64,000 bases of DNA from an uncultured virus (IMG/VR IMGVR_UViG_3300022198_000015) (IMGVR_UViG_3300022198_000015), one strand, 5' to 3'; shown: positions 9,880 to 17,700, counted from the first letter of the stretch. Translations and numbers: made by a program. The notes: generated by a model from the sequence alone, not told the origin.

Positions 9880-10275
9880 TTATGACCTAATTAACATAGT
9901 AGCACCCGTCTCACCTACCTTAGGCGTATACGGACAAAACTCAAAATACTTAATAACCTGTAGCCGTGCATCCATTATCTCATCATCAATACCACTGGAA
10001 CCCTTAGTAACCTCCCAACTTAATACATCCGCCTTAACTAACACCTTCCCATCAACATCAGCTAAATCACTAGTCGTCTTAGCCGCCTTACCAGCCTCAT
10101 ATCGATCAACCGCCTCCAATACCTTCAATACAGCCCCACTAGATATCCCCTCTAATTGATTCATACACGTCCGTAATCCATTTATACCATACTCACTAAA
10201 AGCCATCCCCATGGCTTCTAATACCCTGAGATCATCACCCGCTGACCAGTTCCCACTAGTGTCTAAAACAGCCAT
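9880..10275 (-). CDS. Putative head-tail connector protein
   Basis: 131 aa, late motif at 10303-10312, LVKADVLSW motif. Confidence 0.5.
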   Translation of the reverse strand: MAVLDTSGNWSAGDDLRVLEAMGMAFSEYGINGLRTCMNQLEGISSGAVLKVLEAVDRYEAGKAAKTTSDLADVDGKVLVKADVLSWEVTKGSSGIDDEIMDARLQVIKYFEFCPYTPKVGETGATMLIRS

Positions 10276-10317
10276 CAGGTATAATGTAATATAAACCTAA
10301 ATTAGTGTACCATAACC

Positions 10318-10524
10318 ATGTTATTTGACCCACAACAACAAACAACCCTCGCAATAGCCCTAATAATTGCCATTAATTGTCGCTCCCAATTAGGTACTCA
10401 CCAATTACTAAAACAAATCACAGCAATGGAGCCGAAAGTGGCGGCAAAATTTATTACTCGCATCTATGCACTATTGGGCAGTGACGCCAGAGGGTGGTTG
10501 GAGCAGGAATACCAGAAATTTTGA
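10318..10524 (+). CDS. Hypothetical protein
   Basis: 68 aa, TATAAT upstream at about 10280. Confidence 0.5.
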   Translation: MLFDPQQQTTLAIALIIAINCRSQLGTHQLLKQITAMEPKVAAKFITRIYALLGSDARGWLEQEYQKF

Positions 10525-10711
10525 CGCAAATTTAGAGGTTCCTGTCTGTGGCGCAGGCGCCCCCCACTTGACGGGTGGGGGTGCGTACCTTTTCGCAATT
10601 CAATAGGGGCTACCTTTCTATAGATGTACCAGCAAGGATCTACTGTTCGTATCATGATCGCGAACGGCCCGCTGGTCTTCACGAGCACGCTGCTCCTAGC
10701 ACCTGCATCAC

Positions 10712-10740
10712 TTGACATCCCCAGCTCTGTGCTGTAGACT
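10712..10740 (+). promoter_or_regulatory. Host sigma70-type promoter in cassette 1
   Basis: TTGACA-17 nt-TAGACT. Confidence 0.75.
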
Positions 10741-10774
10741 AAAGAAAATTACGGGGCCCACCCCACCACCTCTC

Positions 10775-10966
10775 ATGAACACCACCCTCCTCGGTATGCT
10801 GGCTCTGGCCACTACCCCTTTGCTAACCATAGCCCCTAGTGAGATGCAGACAGGAGCCTGTCTGCGTGGTGACAGACAGCAGTGCATCAGCTACCATCAA
10901 CACCGCTGTGATAAAGGTAACCTCTTTAGCTGCAACCGCCTGGCTTTAATAAAAGAAAATTACTGA
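10775..10966 (+). CDS. Cassette gene: small secreted/membrane Cys-containing protein
   Basis: MNTTLLGMLALATTPLL signal-like N-terminus, four Cys; between repeats 1 and 2. Confidence 0.6.
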   Translation: MNTTLLGMLALATTPLLTIAPSEMQTGACLRGDRQQCISYHQHRCDKGNLFSCNRLALIKENY

Positions 10967-11027
10967 GCAGCAGCGTGAGCGCGAACGGCCCGCGGGTCTT
11001 CACGCTCATCCCGTTAACCTCCACCGG

Positions 11028-11309
11028 ATGCTCCCCATGTCCCTCACCAAGAACTGGCTCCACGACTACAGCACTGCCCTGGATGATGCCTGGATGGCCC
11101 TTGAGGACGCCCTCGCTAAGGTCGAAGCCCTGGCGGATCTGGTCTGGATTGACGATGATACCATCCGCTATCCCGTCCCTGCTGCTGATGTCAATCTGTT
11201 ACAGCGGCGCGTTCGGGCATTGAAGGACAGTGTGGCTGTGGTAGCATCGGCTCAAGAGCCAAGCAGGCTCGCCCCAGAGCTGCCCAAGATCAGCCTGAAA
11301 AAATCGTGA
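11028..11309 (+). CDS. Cassette gene, hypothetical
   Basis: 93 aa; TGA stop is the first 3 nt of repeat 3. Confidence 0.75.
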   Translation: MLPMSLTKNWLHDYSTALDDAWMALEDALAKVEALADLVWIDDDTIRYPVPAADVNLLQRRVRALKDSVAVVASAQEPSRLAPELPKISLKKS

Positions 11310-11483
11310 GCGCGAACGGCCCGCTGGTCTTCACGCTCACCACTCATTAGTAATACTTATCGGTCCCGCCCCATTGATCAGCATTGCTAATGTTAAGTAG
11401 TGTTACAATCTCGTTGACGGGGTGGGCAGATGCCCTATAATAAAGGCACGAGGGGAAGAGAACCCCTCACCACGGAGAACACC

Positions 11484-11633
11484 ATGACCAACGCCATCTG
11501 GACCATCCTCACCGCCGACGTGCGGGACCTGCCCACCGCCTGGTACGGCGCCGGTTACCTGGTTGCCCAGGGCCGCCACGCCACTAACCGCCTGGACGGC
11601 ATGGCCCACCTGCTGCGCCGCTGGTACGCTTGA
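11484..11633 (+). CDS. Cassette gene, hypothetical
   Basis: GGAG RBS, TTGACG-16-TATAAT promoter (11414-11441), hairpin 11641-11662 downstream. Confidence 0.65.
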   Translation: MTNAIWTILTADVRDLPTAWYGAGYLVAQGRHATNRLDGMAHLLRRWYA

Positions 11634-11851
11634 ACCATCAGGGGTCCTGATATCAGGGCCCCTTATCTATTCTCTTATGGGCTTATGCGTCTAGGCGCAT
11701 AACCACTGTATGCTTCTACAATCATATGCGCATATGCGCATAACACTCTATCGTTATATCGGCAAACGTGACAGTGATAAGGGAACGCAGTCTATTTCTA
11801 AAGTGAGCGCGAACGGCCCGCTGGTCGATCACGCTCTCGCGGCGCTTCTAC

Positions 11852-12067
11852 CTAGTCTGTCCCTGAGTCTAGGGTTGCCGCCAGGCAGCGTTCTAGGTGC
11901 TCCTGTAGCCGCTGGGCACGCTTCAGACTATCCCTTCCCATTGCCACCATACTCTCGCCGGCAAGCCGTTCCAAGTGATCAGGGCTCTGCTGCATCAGCC
12001 GGCCACGCCTGATCAGCCAGGCTGCAAACCACACCCATGCCAAGCGCTCCTCAGTCTGCTGCTTCAT
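11852..12067 (-). CDS. Cassette gene, hypothetical
   Basis: 71 aa between repeats 4 and 5, GGAGG upstream on minus strand. Confidence 0.6.
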   Translation of the reverse strand: MKQQTEERLAWVWFAAWLIRRGRLMQQSPDHLERLAGESMVAMGRDSLKRAQRLQEHLERCLAATLDSGTD

Positions 12068-12175
12068 TGCTGGTTAGCATCCTCCAAAGGCTTCCAGATC
12101 CTAGCACAAAAAATCTGATCGCGAACGGCCCGCGGGTCTATCACGGTCACACCTACATTCTTCCCCTACTGAGCC

Positions 12176-12409
12176 ATGACCATCACCGCAAAGAGCACCA
12201 AGCCTGAGATCCTGGCAGCCTACCGCGAGCTGGTTGCCCGCCCTGTCACCACTGCCATGGTCGGCCAGTGGGCCGTCAGCACCGCCCAAACCGTAGTCGA
12301 GGAGTCGGTTCTGCTGGTTAAGGACTGTTACAACCTGGCCAAATGGGCCCGCCGGATGTATGATGGGGTTGTGGCGGAACTGAGCCGCCCGCTGCTAAAA
12401 AAAATCTGA
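12176..12409 (+). CDS. Cassette gene, paralog A
   Basis: 77 aa; paralog of 13145..13378; stop in repeat 6. Confidence 0.85.
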   Translation: MTITAKSTKPEILAAYRELVARPVTTAMVGQWAVSTAQTVVEESVLLVKDCYNLAKWARRMYDGVVAELSRPLLKKI

Positions 12410-12431
12410 TCGCGAACGGCCCGCTGGTCAA

Positions 12432-12671
12432 TCACGATCTAAATCGATCCACCGCAGTCTCCAGCTCGTCCAGGGCCGCCAGCAGCTCCTGGGCCTGATC
12501 CCGCATACCCTCTAGCCACCAGCGATCTGGGGCCCACATCGGCTCCCCAGGCCCGTTGGCCCAGGCCATATTGGCCAGGACCATCACCTCCAGGGCGGCA
12601 GCGTCAAGCTTCTCCTCAGCGGTGTCGCGTTGCTCCAGGTACTCCAGGAGCAGTTCCTTCATGGCAGACAT
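12432..12671 (-). CDS. Cassette gene, hypothetical acidic helical protein
   Basis: 79 aa; stop lies in the right arm of repeat 6. Confidence 0.7.
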   Translation of the reverse strand: MSAMKELLLEYLEQRDTAEEKLDAAALEVMVLANMAWANGPGEPMWAPDRWWLEGMRDQAQELLAALDELETAVDRFRS

Positions 12672-12819
12672 GGCTTGAAATCCCTTGGTACAACTACAGT
12701 TTGGAGCCTACAGGAAAAAAAGTCAAGGGCCTGTTACACAATGAAATGATCGCGAACGGCCCGCGGGTCAATCACGCTCATCCCTGTATACTGATCAAGT
12801 CCCCCATCGGAGTCCTCCC

Positions 12820-13074
12820 ATGACCCACGTCACCACCTACGCGGAGTTGCTGAATGCTCTGGCTGTCGTGCGCGATCGCGCCAATGCTGATGGTCTGCCT
12901 AGCCATATGCGGGCTGTTCGGATGTGGAGGGCCACGGACGCCCTCTGGAATGATGAGTACGCTACCTGGGAGGCCCTCACCAAACTAGGCCACCACAGGG
13001 CTGCTGACTGCGCATGGAAGCGCCGCACGGTCTACAGCGACCTGGCCATACTGCTCCTCAAAGGCGCAGTGTAA
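12820..13074 (+). CDS. Cassette gene, hypothetical
   Basis: 84 aa; GGAG RBS, TATACT at 12787-12792. Confidence 0.7.
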   Translation: MTHVTTYAELLNALAVVRDRANADGLPSHMRAVRMWRATDALWNDEYATWEALTKLGHHRAADCAWKRRTVYSDLAILLLKGAV

Positions 13075-13144
13075 AGAAAAATTTCGTGAGCGCGAACGGC
13101 CCGCTGGTCAATCACGCTCTCGCGTCCTTTACCCCACTCCATCG

Positions 13145-13378
13145 ATGTCCCTCACTGCACGCAGCACCAAAGCTGAAATCTGGCAAGCCTATCAGGGCCT
13201 GGTGGCCCGCCCGGTGACCGCAGCCATGGTTGGTCAATGGATCAGCCAAACCGCTCAGACCGTGGCCGCAGAGAGCGTCCTGCTTGTAAAGGATTGCTAC
13301 AAAGCCGGCCAGGTGGCCCGTAGCTGGTATGATTCGGTAGTGGCGGAACTGAGCCGCCCCATCCTGAGAAAATCCTGA
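13145..13378 (+). CDS. Cassette gene, paralog B
   Basis: 77 aa; paralog of 12176..12409; stop in repeat 9. Confidence 0.85.
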   Translation: MSLTARSTKAEIWQAYQGLVARPVTAAMVGQWISQTAQTVAAESVLLVKDCYKAGQVARSWYDSVVAELSRPILRKS

Positions 13379-13469
13379 GCGTGAACGGCCCGCTGGTCAA
13401 TCACGCTCTCGCGCTATACTGCAATCAGGAGGGGCAGCCCCTCCCACGGTCCTTCACCCCCTGAGACTC

Positions 13470-13682
13470 ATGTCCAGCACTCTCGTTATCGGCACCACCG
13501 CCCGCCCGCTGACTGACGCCTGGCGCCTTGATTGCATCGCCCACTGGGCCCAGTCCACCGAATTCTGGGCACGTTACCTTGACGACTGCACCATGGCCCG
13601 TAACGGCCTCAACCAGTCCTATGCTCGCCTGGGAGAGCACCTGCATTACCTGATGCGAGCTGACTCTCGCCCGGAATATTAA
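13470..13682 (+). CDS. Cassette gene, hypothetical
   Basis: 70 aa; TATACT at 13415-13420. Confidence 0.65.
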   Translation: MSSTLVIGTTARPLTDAWRLDCIAHWAQSTEFWARYLDDCTMARNGLNQSYARLGEHLHYLMRADSRPEY

Positions 13683-13724
13683 AAAATATTTCCTGAGCGT
13701 GAACGGCCCGCTGGTCAATCACGC

Positions 13725-13913
13725 TCATGATTCGTTACATTGCAGCCAGGCATCCTCCACATCCAAGGCGTGGGCTAGGATCTCACCGATGGGCCCGTCC
13801 ATGTGGGCCTCAAACTCTTCGTCGCTCAGCTCTTTGCGGGCCACCTCCAGCTCGTTGTGGAGGTACTCGCACCACTCCAGCAGATTCTGGAGCTTGTCAA
13901 TCGCAGTGGCCAT
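13725..13913 (-). CDS. Cassette gene, acidic hypothetical
   Basis: 62 aa; GGAG RBS; stop is the last 3 nt of repeat 10; TATACT on minus at 13937-13942. Confidence 0.75.
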   Translation of the reverse strand: MATAIDKLQNLLEWCEYLHNELEVARKELSDEEFEAHMDGPIGEILAHALDVEDAWLQCNES

Positions 13914-13982
13914 GAGGGTTCTCCCTGTTTGATTTCAGTATACTCGGAATTTGAGCGTGAACGGCCCGCTGGTCGATCACGG

Positions 13983-14450
13983 TCACGCCGTATATGGGTC
14001 AGCAGGCCAGGCTAGGACTAGTTTCTGGCGTGGGAACTGGCCCGTGGTGACCGTCACAGCAGCCTGCAGCACAATCTCAGACCATAGGATCCATCGGATC
14101 TGGAAGGGCGCCGTGGAAGCTGCCGACCGATAGGCTCCCAGCTCGCCTTCAAAGTCGTAAGCGTGGCCGTAGGTCAGATGATCCCAGTCATGCACAGCCC
14201 GGAACATAGCATTCTCCACCGGCAGCCAGAACGGGTGACGGTTGTGCGCTGTGCTAATCAGCAGCTTGCCGGTGCGCTCCCAGTAACGCTGCAGTCGCTC
14301 AGGCTTGACAGGGTTGGGCGTATACTGTACCAACGGCCGGATCCGTTCATAGCGCAGATACAGCCACTGCCGAAAGGTGTACAGCTGCTCTGGTGATGGC
14401 CGGCAGCCCTTTGAGGCTAGGTACAGTTTGGCGAGTCGTGAGGCTTGCAT
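13983..14450 (-). CDS. Cassette gene with FRAVHD..H motif (possible metal-binding/hydrolase domain)
   Basis: 155 aa from ATG 14450 (MQASRL...); ENAMFRAVHDWDH...FEGE; stop is the last 3 nt of repeat 11. Confidence 0.75.
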   Translation of the reverse strand: MQASRLAKLYLASKGCRPSPEQLYTFRQWLYLRYERIRPLVQYTPNPVKPERLQRYWERTGKLLISTAHNRHPFWLPVENAMFRAVHDWDHLTYGHAYDFEGELGAYRSAASTAPFQIRWILWSEIVLQAAVTVTTGQFPRQKLVLAWPADPYTA

Positions 14451-14606
14451 GGTTCCCCCGTTGCATCTGGTGTCAGTGTAGCACGTTTGAGCGTGAACGG
14501 CCGCTGGCCGCTCACGGTCACGCGCTCTCGGTCGCCCTATCTCTCTATCGTTGTTGCACGCCAGAAAAAAAGTTCCTATACTGCAGGGGTACACGGGAGT
14601 CACCCC

Positions 14607-14756
14607 ATGCGCCACACCCGCCCGCTCACCAGCAAGCAACTGCAGGCTTTCTATAAAGCCCTGCTTGACGCCGATCGCACGGCGGCCTATACTGATGCCC
14701 ATCTGGCGTTCCTTGAGATGCGCCGTGATGCTTTCCTCGCTTCCCTCAAAAAGTGA
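14607..14756 (+). CDS. Cassette gene, hypothetical
   Basis: GGGAG RBS; TTGCAC-17-TATACT promoter 14554-14582. Confidence 0.65.
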   Translation: MRHTRPLTSKQLQAFYKALLDADRTAAYTDAHLAFLEMRRDAFLASLKK

Positions 14757-15088
14757 TGACCCTCGCTATTGCCCCCAACGCCTATGTCATCCGCATCTAT
14801 TGCGGTATGTCAGTTCAAGGCGAATCTAGTGCCAGCATCTATAACAACAGCTACGACATTATCATGGAGCTGGCGGATTACTGGTTTGGCCAGGGTTGCA
14901 CCGTTTACAATGCTACTGGCATTTGGATGAACGGCGAGGAAGAGATGATGATCATTGAATATGTAGCCGACAAGGAGGTAGAAGCTGCTTGCGAGGCTGC
15001 TAACCAGTTAGCCATTGAATATAAGAACCTGAATATGCAGGATGCTGTTCTGGTTACTGTAGATCAAACTTACAAAAAAATTCTTTAA
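14753..15088 (+). CDS. Hypothetical protein (DUF3574-like pattern)
   Basis: GCTVYNATGIW...EE...YK...QDAVLV; overlaps upstream stop. Confidence 0.65.
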   Translation: MMTLAIAPNAYVIRIYCGMSVQGESSASIYNNSYDIIMELADYWFGQGCTVYNATGIWMNGEEEMMIIEYVADKEVEAACEAANQLAIEYKNLNMQDAVLVTVDQTYKKIL

Positions 15089-15286
15089 AAATTTTTTAAA
15101 GAAAAAATAAACCGCTGGGGAGAAAAAAATCTCCCCTTTTTTTTGAGCGTGAACGTCGCAAGCGTCGTTCACGATCGATCCCGCTGTCAAGCCCGCCCCT
15201 CTTTGTCATATTTCGTAATATTAAGCTGGCCCTGGCGCCGGGGCCGGCCAGGCTGTATACTTTAGGGGTCCCTCAAGGGTTAACCC

Positions 15287-15883
15287 ATGAGCAAGTTTAC
15301 AATCCTCGGAGTGCTGAATTTAGCAACCCAGGCTGACAGAATCGAGGGCCTTGATTGGTATGACCGCGCTAAGCGTGTCGCCGAATCTATTGCTAATCGG
15401 GTGGGCTTGCCCGGTGAGCTTCCCGCTATCGGGTGGCAGACAATCGCCGGGGTGCTCGCTGCCCTTAGCCCTAACAATCGGTGGGAGCGCAATTGTGCCG
15501 ATGCTGAGCTAGTTGTTAAGCTGTTTAAAGCTGGCGGTGCTGATGCTGCCCTAGGTGCAAAGGTGTGTACCTATAAATCAAACCTGCGTAAAGCGGTTGC
15601 GATTCTAGAGGGTGCGCCCATTGTAGCTACCCTTAACGGGCCAAAGGTTATAGAGTTCTACAATTGCATCACCGGCAGCGTTGCTGATGTATGCATAGAT
15701 GGGCATGCCTATGCCATATGGTGCGGCCAGCGACTCACAATAAAAGAAATTCCTCCCATTGGAAAGAAGTTGCGGGCACAAATTAAAGCGGACTATATTG
15801 CAGCCGCTAGGTGTGTTGATCTTCGGCCCTGTGAGGTGCAGGCTATTACCTGGGTTACATGGCGCCGTTTGCATAACGTCTAA
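15287..15883 (+). CDS. Phage protein with HhH-glycosylase-like motifs (DUF7178-like)
   Basis: WYD...LAALSPNNRWERN...GPKVIEFY...VCIDGHA...VQAITW. Confidence 0.7.
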   Translation: MSKFTILGVLNLATQADRIEGLDWYDRAKRVAESIANRVGLPGELPAIGWQTIAGVLAALSPNNRWERNCADAELVVKLFKAGGADAALGAKVCTYKSNLRKAVAILEGAPIVATLNGPKVIEFYNCITGSVADVCIDGHAYAIWCGQRLTIKEIPPIGKKLRAQIKADYIAAARCVDLRPCEVQAITWVTWRRLHNV

Positions 15884-15914
15884 AAATTAATTTTCACCCC
15901 ATCCCATCGCTTTT

Positions 15915-16130
15915 TTGATCATGCTTGCTACTGTCCGTTTCTATCTTGACGCTGAGGTTGATGCTGAGCTGCTTGACGAGCTTGACCTTGAATATAATTA
16001 TGAAGAGGACTATTGCGTTCTGACCTTAGAGGTTGACGAGACCCTGTTAGAGTCACTCAATGGTGAGGAACTGGTAGAGTTTATCGGTATCGACGGCGAG
16101 AATCTGGTTTATATCGAGGTGGTGGAATGA
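15915..16130 (+). CDS. Highly acidic small protein
   Basis: About one third D/E residues. Confidence 0.7.
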   Translation: MIMLATVRFYLDAEVDAELLDELDLEYNYEEDYCVLTLEVDETLLESLNGEELVEFIGIDGENLVYIEVVE

Positions 16131-16318
16131 GTAAAGAGGTCATTCGCCCTATCTATAATGTACTGTTACCACCTGCAGGTGTACCCTCACCAGTTTTTTA
16201 CTTTATATTGTTAGGTATTTTCCCCTTTTTATGGTTACTGAAAGCCACAAATGTTCTAGAGCCTGCCTACTACGAACACCCTGACGGCTCCATTAAAAAA
16301 TATCCCCCGAAATATTAA
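16127..16318 (+). CDS. Small membrane protein
   Basis: One hydrophobic segment, ATGA overlap with upstream gene. Confidence 0.55.
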   Translation: MSKEVIRPIYNVLLPPAGVPSPVFYFILLGIFPFLWLLKATNVLEPAYYEHPDGSIKKYPPKY

Positions 16319-16324
16319 TTTACA

Positions 16325-16349
16325 GGGCCCAATTCGGGCCTTTTTTTTT
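16325..16349 (+). terminator. Intrinsic terminator
   Basis: GGCCC-AATTC-GGGCC followed by T9. Confidence 0.8.
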
Positions 16350-17288
16350 AGTTAAAACAGCGAATCGATCGTGAACGGTGCGCAGCACCATTCACGGTCA
16401 CGCGAGGGGCGCGACCGGGGAGTTGCAATTATTCACATGGGCGCGAAGCGCCGCCGGCAAGGCAGCATAAACCAAAAACTATTGGTATACTATTATATAC
16501 AGACAGCGGCCACTTCGGCTACTGGCACCTTGACAACAGAATAAGGCTATGGTATAGGGAGGGGCCCGGTTTCCAGCATTAGTATTTTCCCCAAGGTTTT
16601 CACCTCTCTCTCCTCATTCTACCAACACGACACCAGTGTATTGGTCTTTAGAATTCGTAAAAACGCTGTGAGGCACTAGGTTTCTAGTAGCCGTGGTCAA
16701 ATAATATCTGTGGGATTATAATCGCCACCTAAGGGAAACCCATGCACACCAACCTATGCAATGCCTTAAAATACCAATTGCGAAACAACTCGTATATATG
16801 TAGCCGACGAAACAATACTAGCAAGCAGGCGGCAACCCATTGCATAATCCCCCGCCAGACAACACCCCTCTACAAGCCTCTAGAACAGGCCTAAAGGGCA
16901 CCACCTATAGGGAGACACCACAGACGATGTTAAAGGTCCTTCTAGAGCCTTCCAGGGGCCTCTAAATAAATAAAAAAATATCCCCCGGTGCCGGTTGGCC
17001 ACCAAGAAAAAAAATTACCCCGGATGGCGTATCTGGTGGGCCTCAAAGCATAGCTCAGTACATTCTTGTTTTAACCTAGTTATATATTCTGGATCATTAC
17101 ACTCGGTAGTTGCCTTAGTTATCTGTTGCTCTAGATTAAATAACTTTTCTAAGATTAAGACTAATTTGGGATTGTTCATTGTACCCTGTAACTAAGTAAA
17201 AAAAAATTCTTACCTAGTAAGTGGACCCTCTAGGCTGCCCATACAAGGGCTAAACTGTCACACACTATTGATTTTGTATCAGATGATA

Positions 17289-17700
17289 CAAGGTCCAAGT
17301 TTTATGGGTCAATGTCCCAACTCGGTCTGCGAAATGTCCACACCAAAACCCTTGCAAATACTACATGGTCCGCAAGGTCCAAGTTTTGAATTTACATGAG
17401 CTGTCGAAAAGTGCCGCCTAGTCATTTTTGTATCCGCATGAACCTTTTGATTTGTTGCCGTGATGCATCTGTAAAATCTGAGAGGGGGGTACCTCAAAAC
17501 TTGGACATCGCGGACCATCCAGTCATACCAAGGGGTTTGGCGCGGACCTTCGGCAGACATTTGGGGGACATTGACCTAAAAATGCGGACCGGGCCTTGTG
17601 CCAGTTGTTTTTGCTATTTCCAGTCTCAGATGGACCACCACCACGTTCGCGGACCTTCGCGGACCATCCAGTCATACCAAGGAGTCTCATGTTGAGACTC
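17289..17700. repeat. About 100 bp imperfect inverted repeat plus 26 bp direct repeat; candidate replication origin
   Basis: Arms 17289-17389 and 17494-17598; TCGCGGACCATCCAGTCATACCAAGG at 17508 and 17657; hairpin GAGTCTCA/TGAGACTC 17682-17700. Confidence 0.8.

Larger units (their letters stand above)
10655..16400 (+). repeat. Array of 14 co-oriented 33-35 bp hairpin repeats separating small genes
   Basis: Copies start at 10655, 10976, 11307, 11804, 12116, 12407, 12747, 13087, 13376, 13694, 13952, 14488, 15144, 16366; arms TGAKCGYGAA / WTCACGBTCA. Confidence 0.97.

Noticed and set aside
14451..14702. N-terminal extension of the 239 aa ORF 13983..14702
   Set aside because: Crosses repeat 12 and overlaps a plus-strand gene; ATG 14450 with upstream -10 and purine-rich RBS is the better start
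10655..16400. CRISPR array (palindromic repeats of CRISPR-like length)
   Set aside because: Intervals are about 225-1190 bp and contain intact genes, repeats vary, and no cas genes are visible
10655..16400. Canonical integron attC sites
   Set aside because: Shorter than known attC sites, RYYYAAC/GTTRRRY boxes not matched (GTT only in the 15144 copy), no intI; kept only as an analogy
10655..16400. HIP1, CRP or LexA sites as the explanation of the repeat
   Set aside because: Full GCGATCGC is not in the repeat, and half-site spacing is far longer than CRP (N6) or Gram-positive LexA (N4) boxes
10655..16400. Rho-independent terminators
   Set aside because: No T-tract follows on the plus strand and stems have internal loops; upstream A-tracts could allow minus-strand termination for some copies but not all
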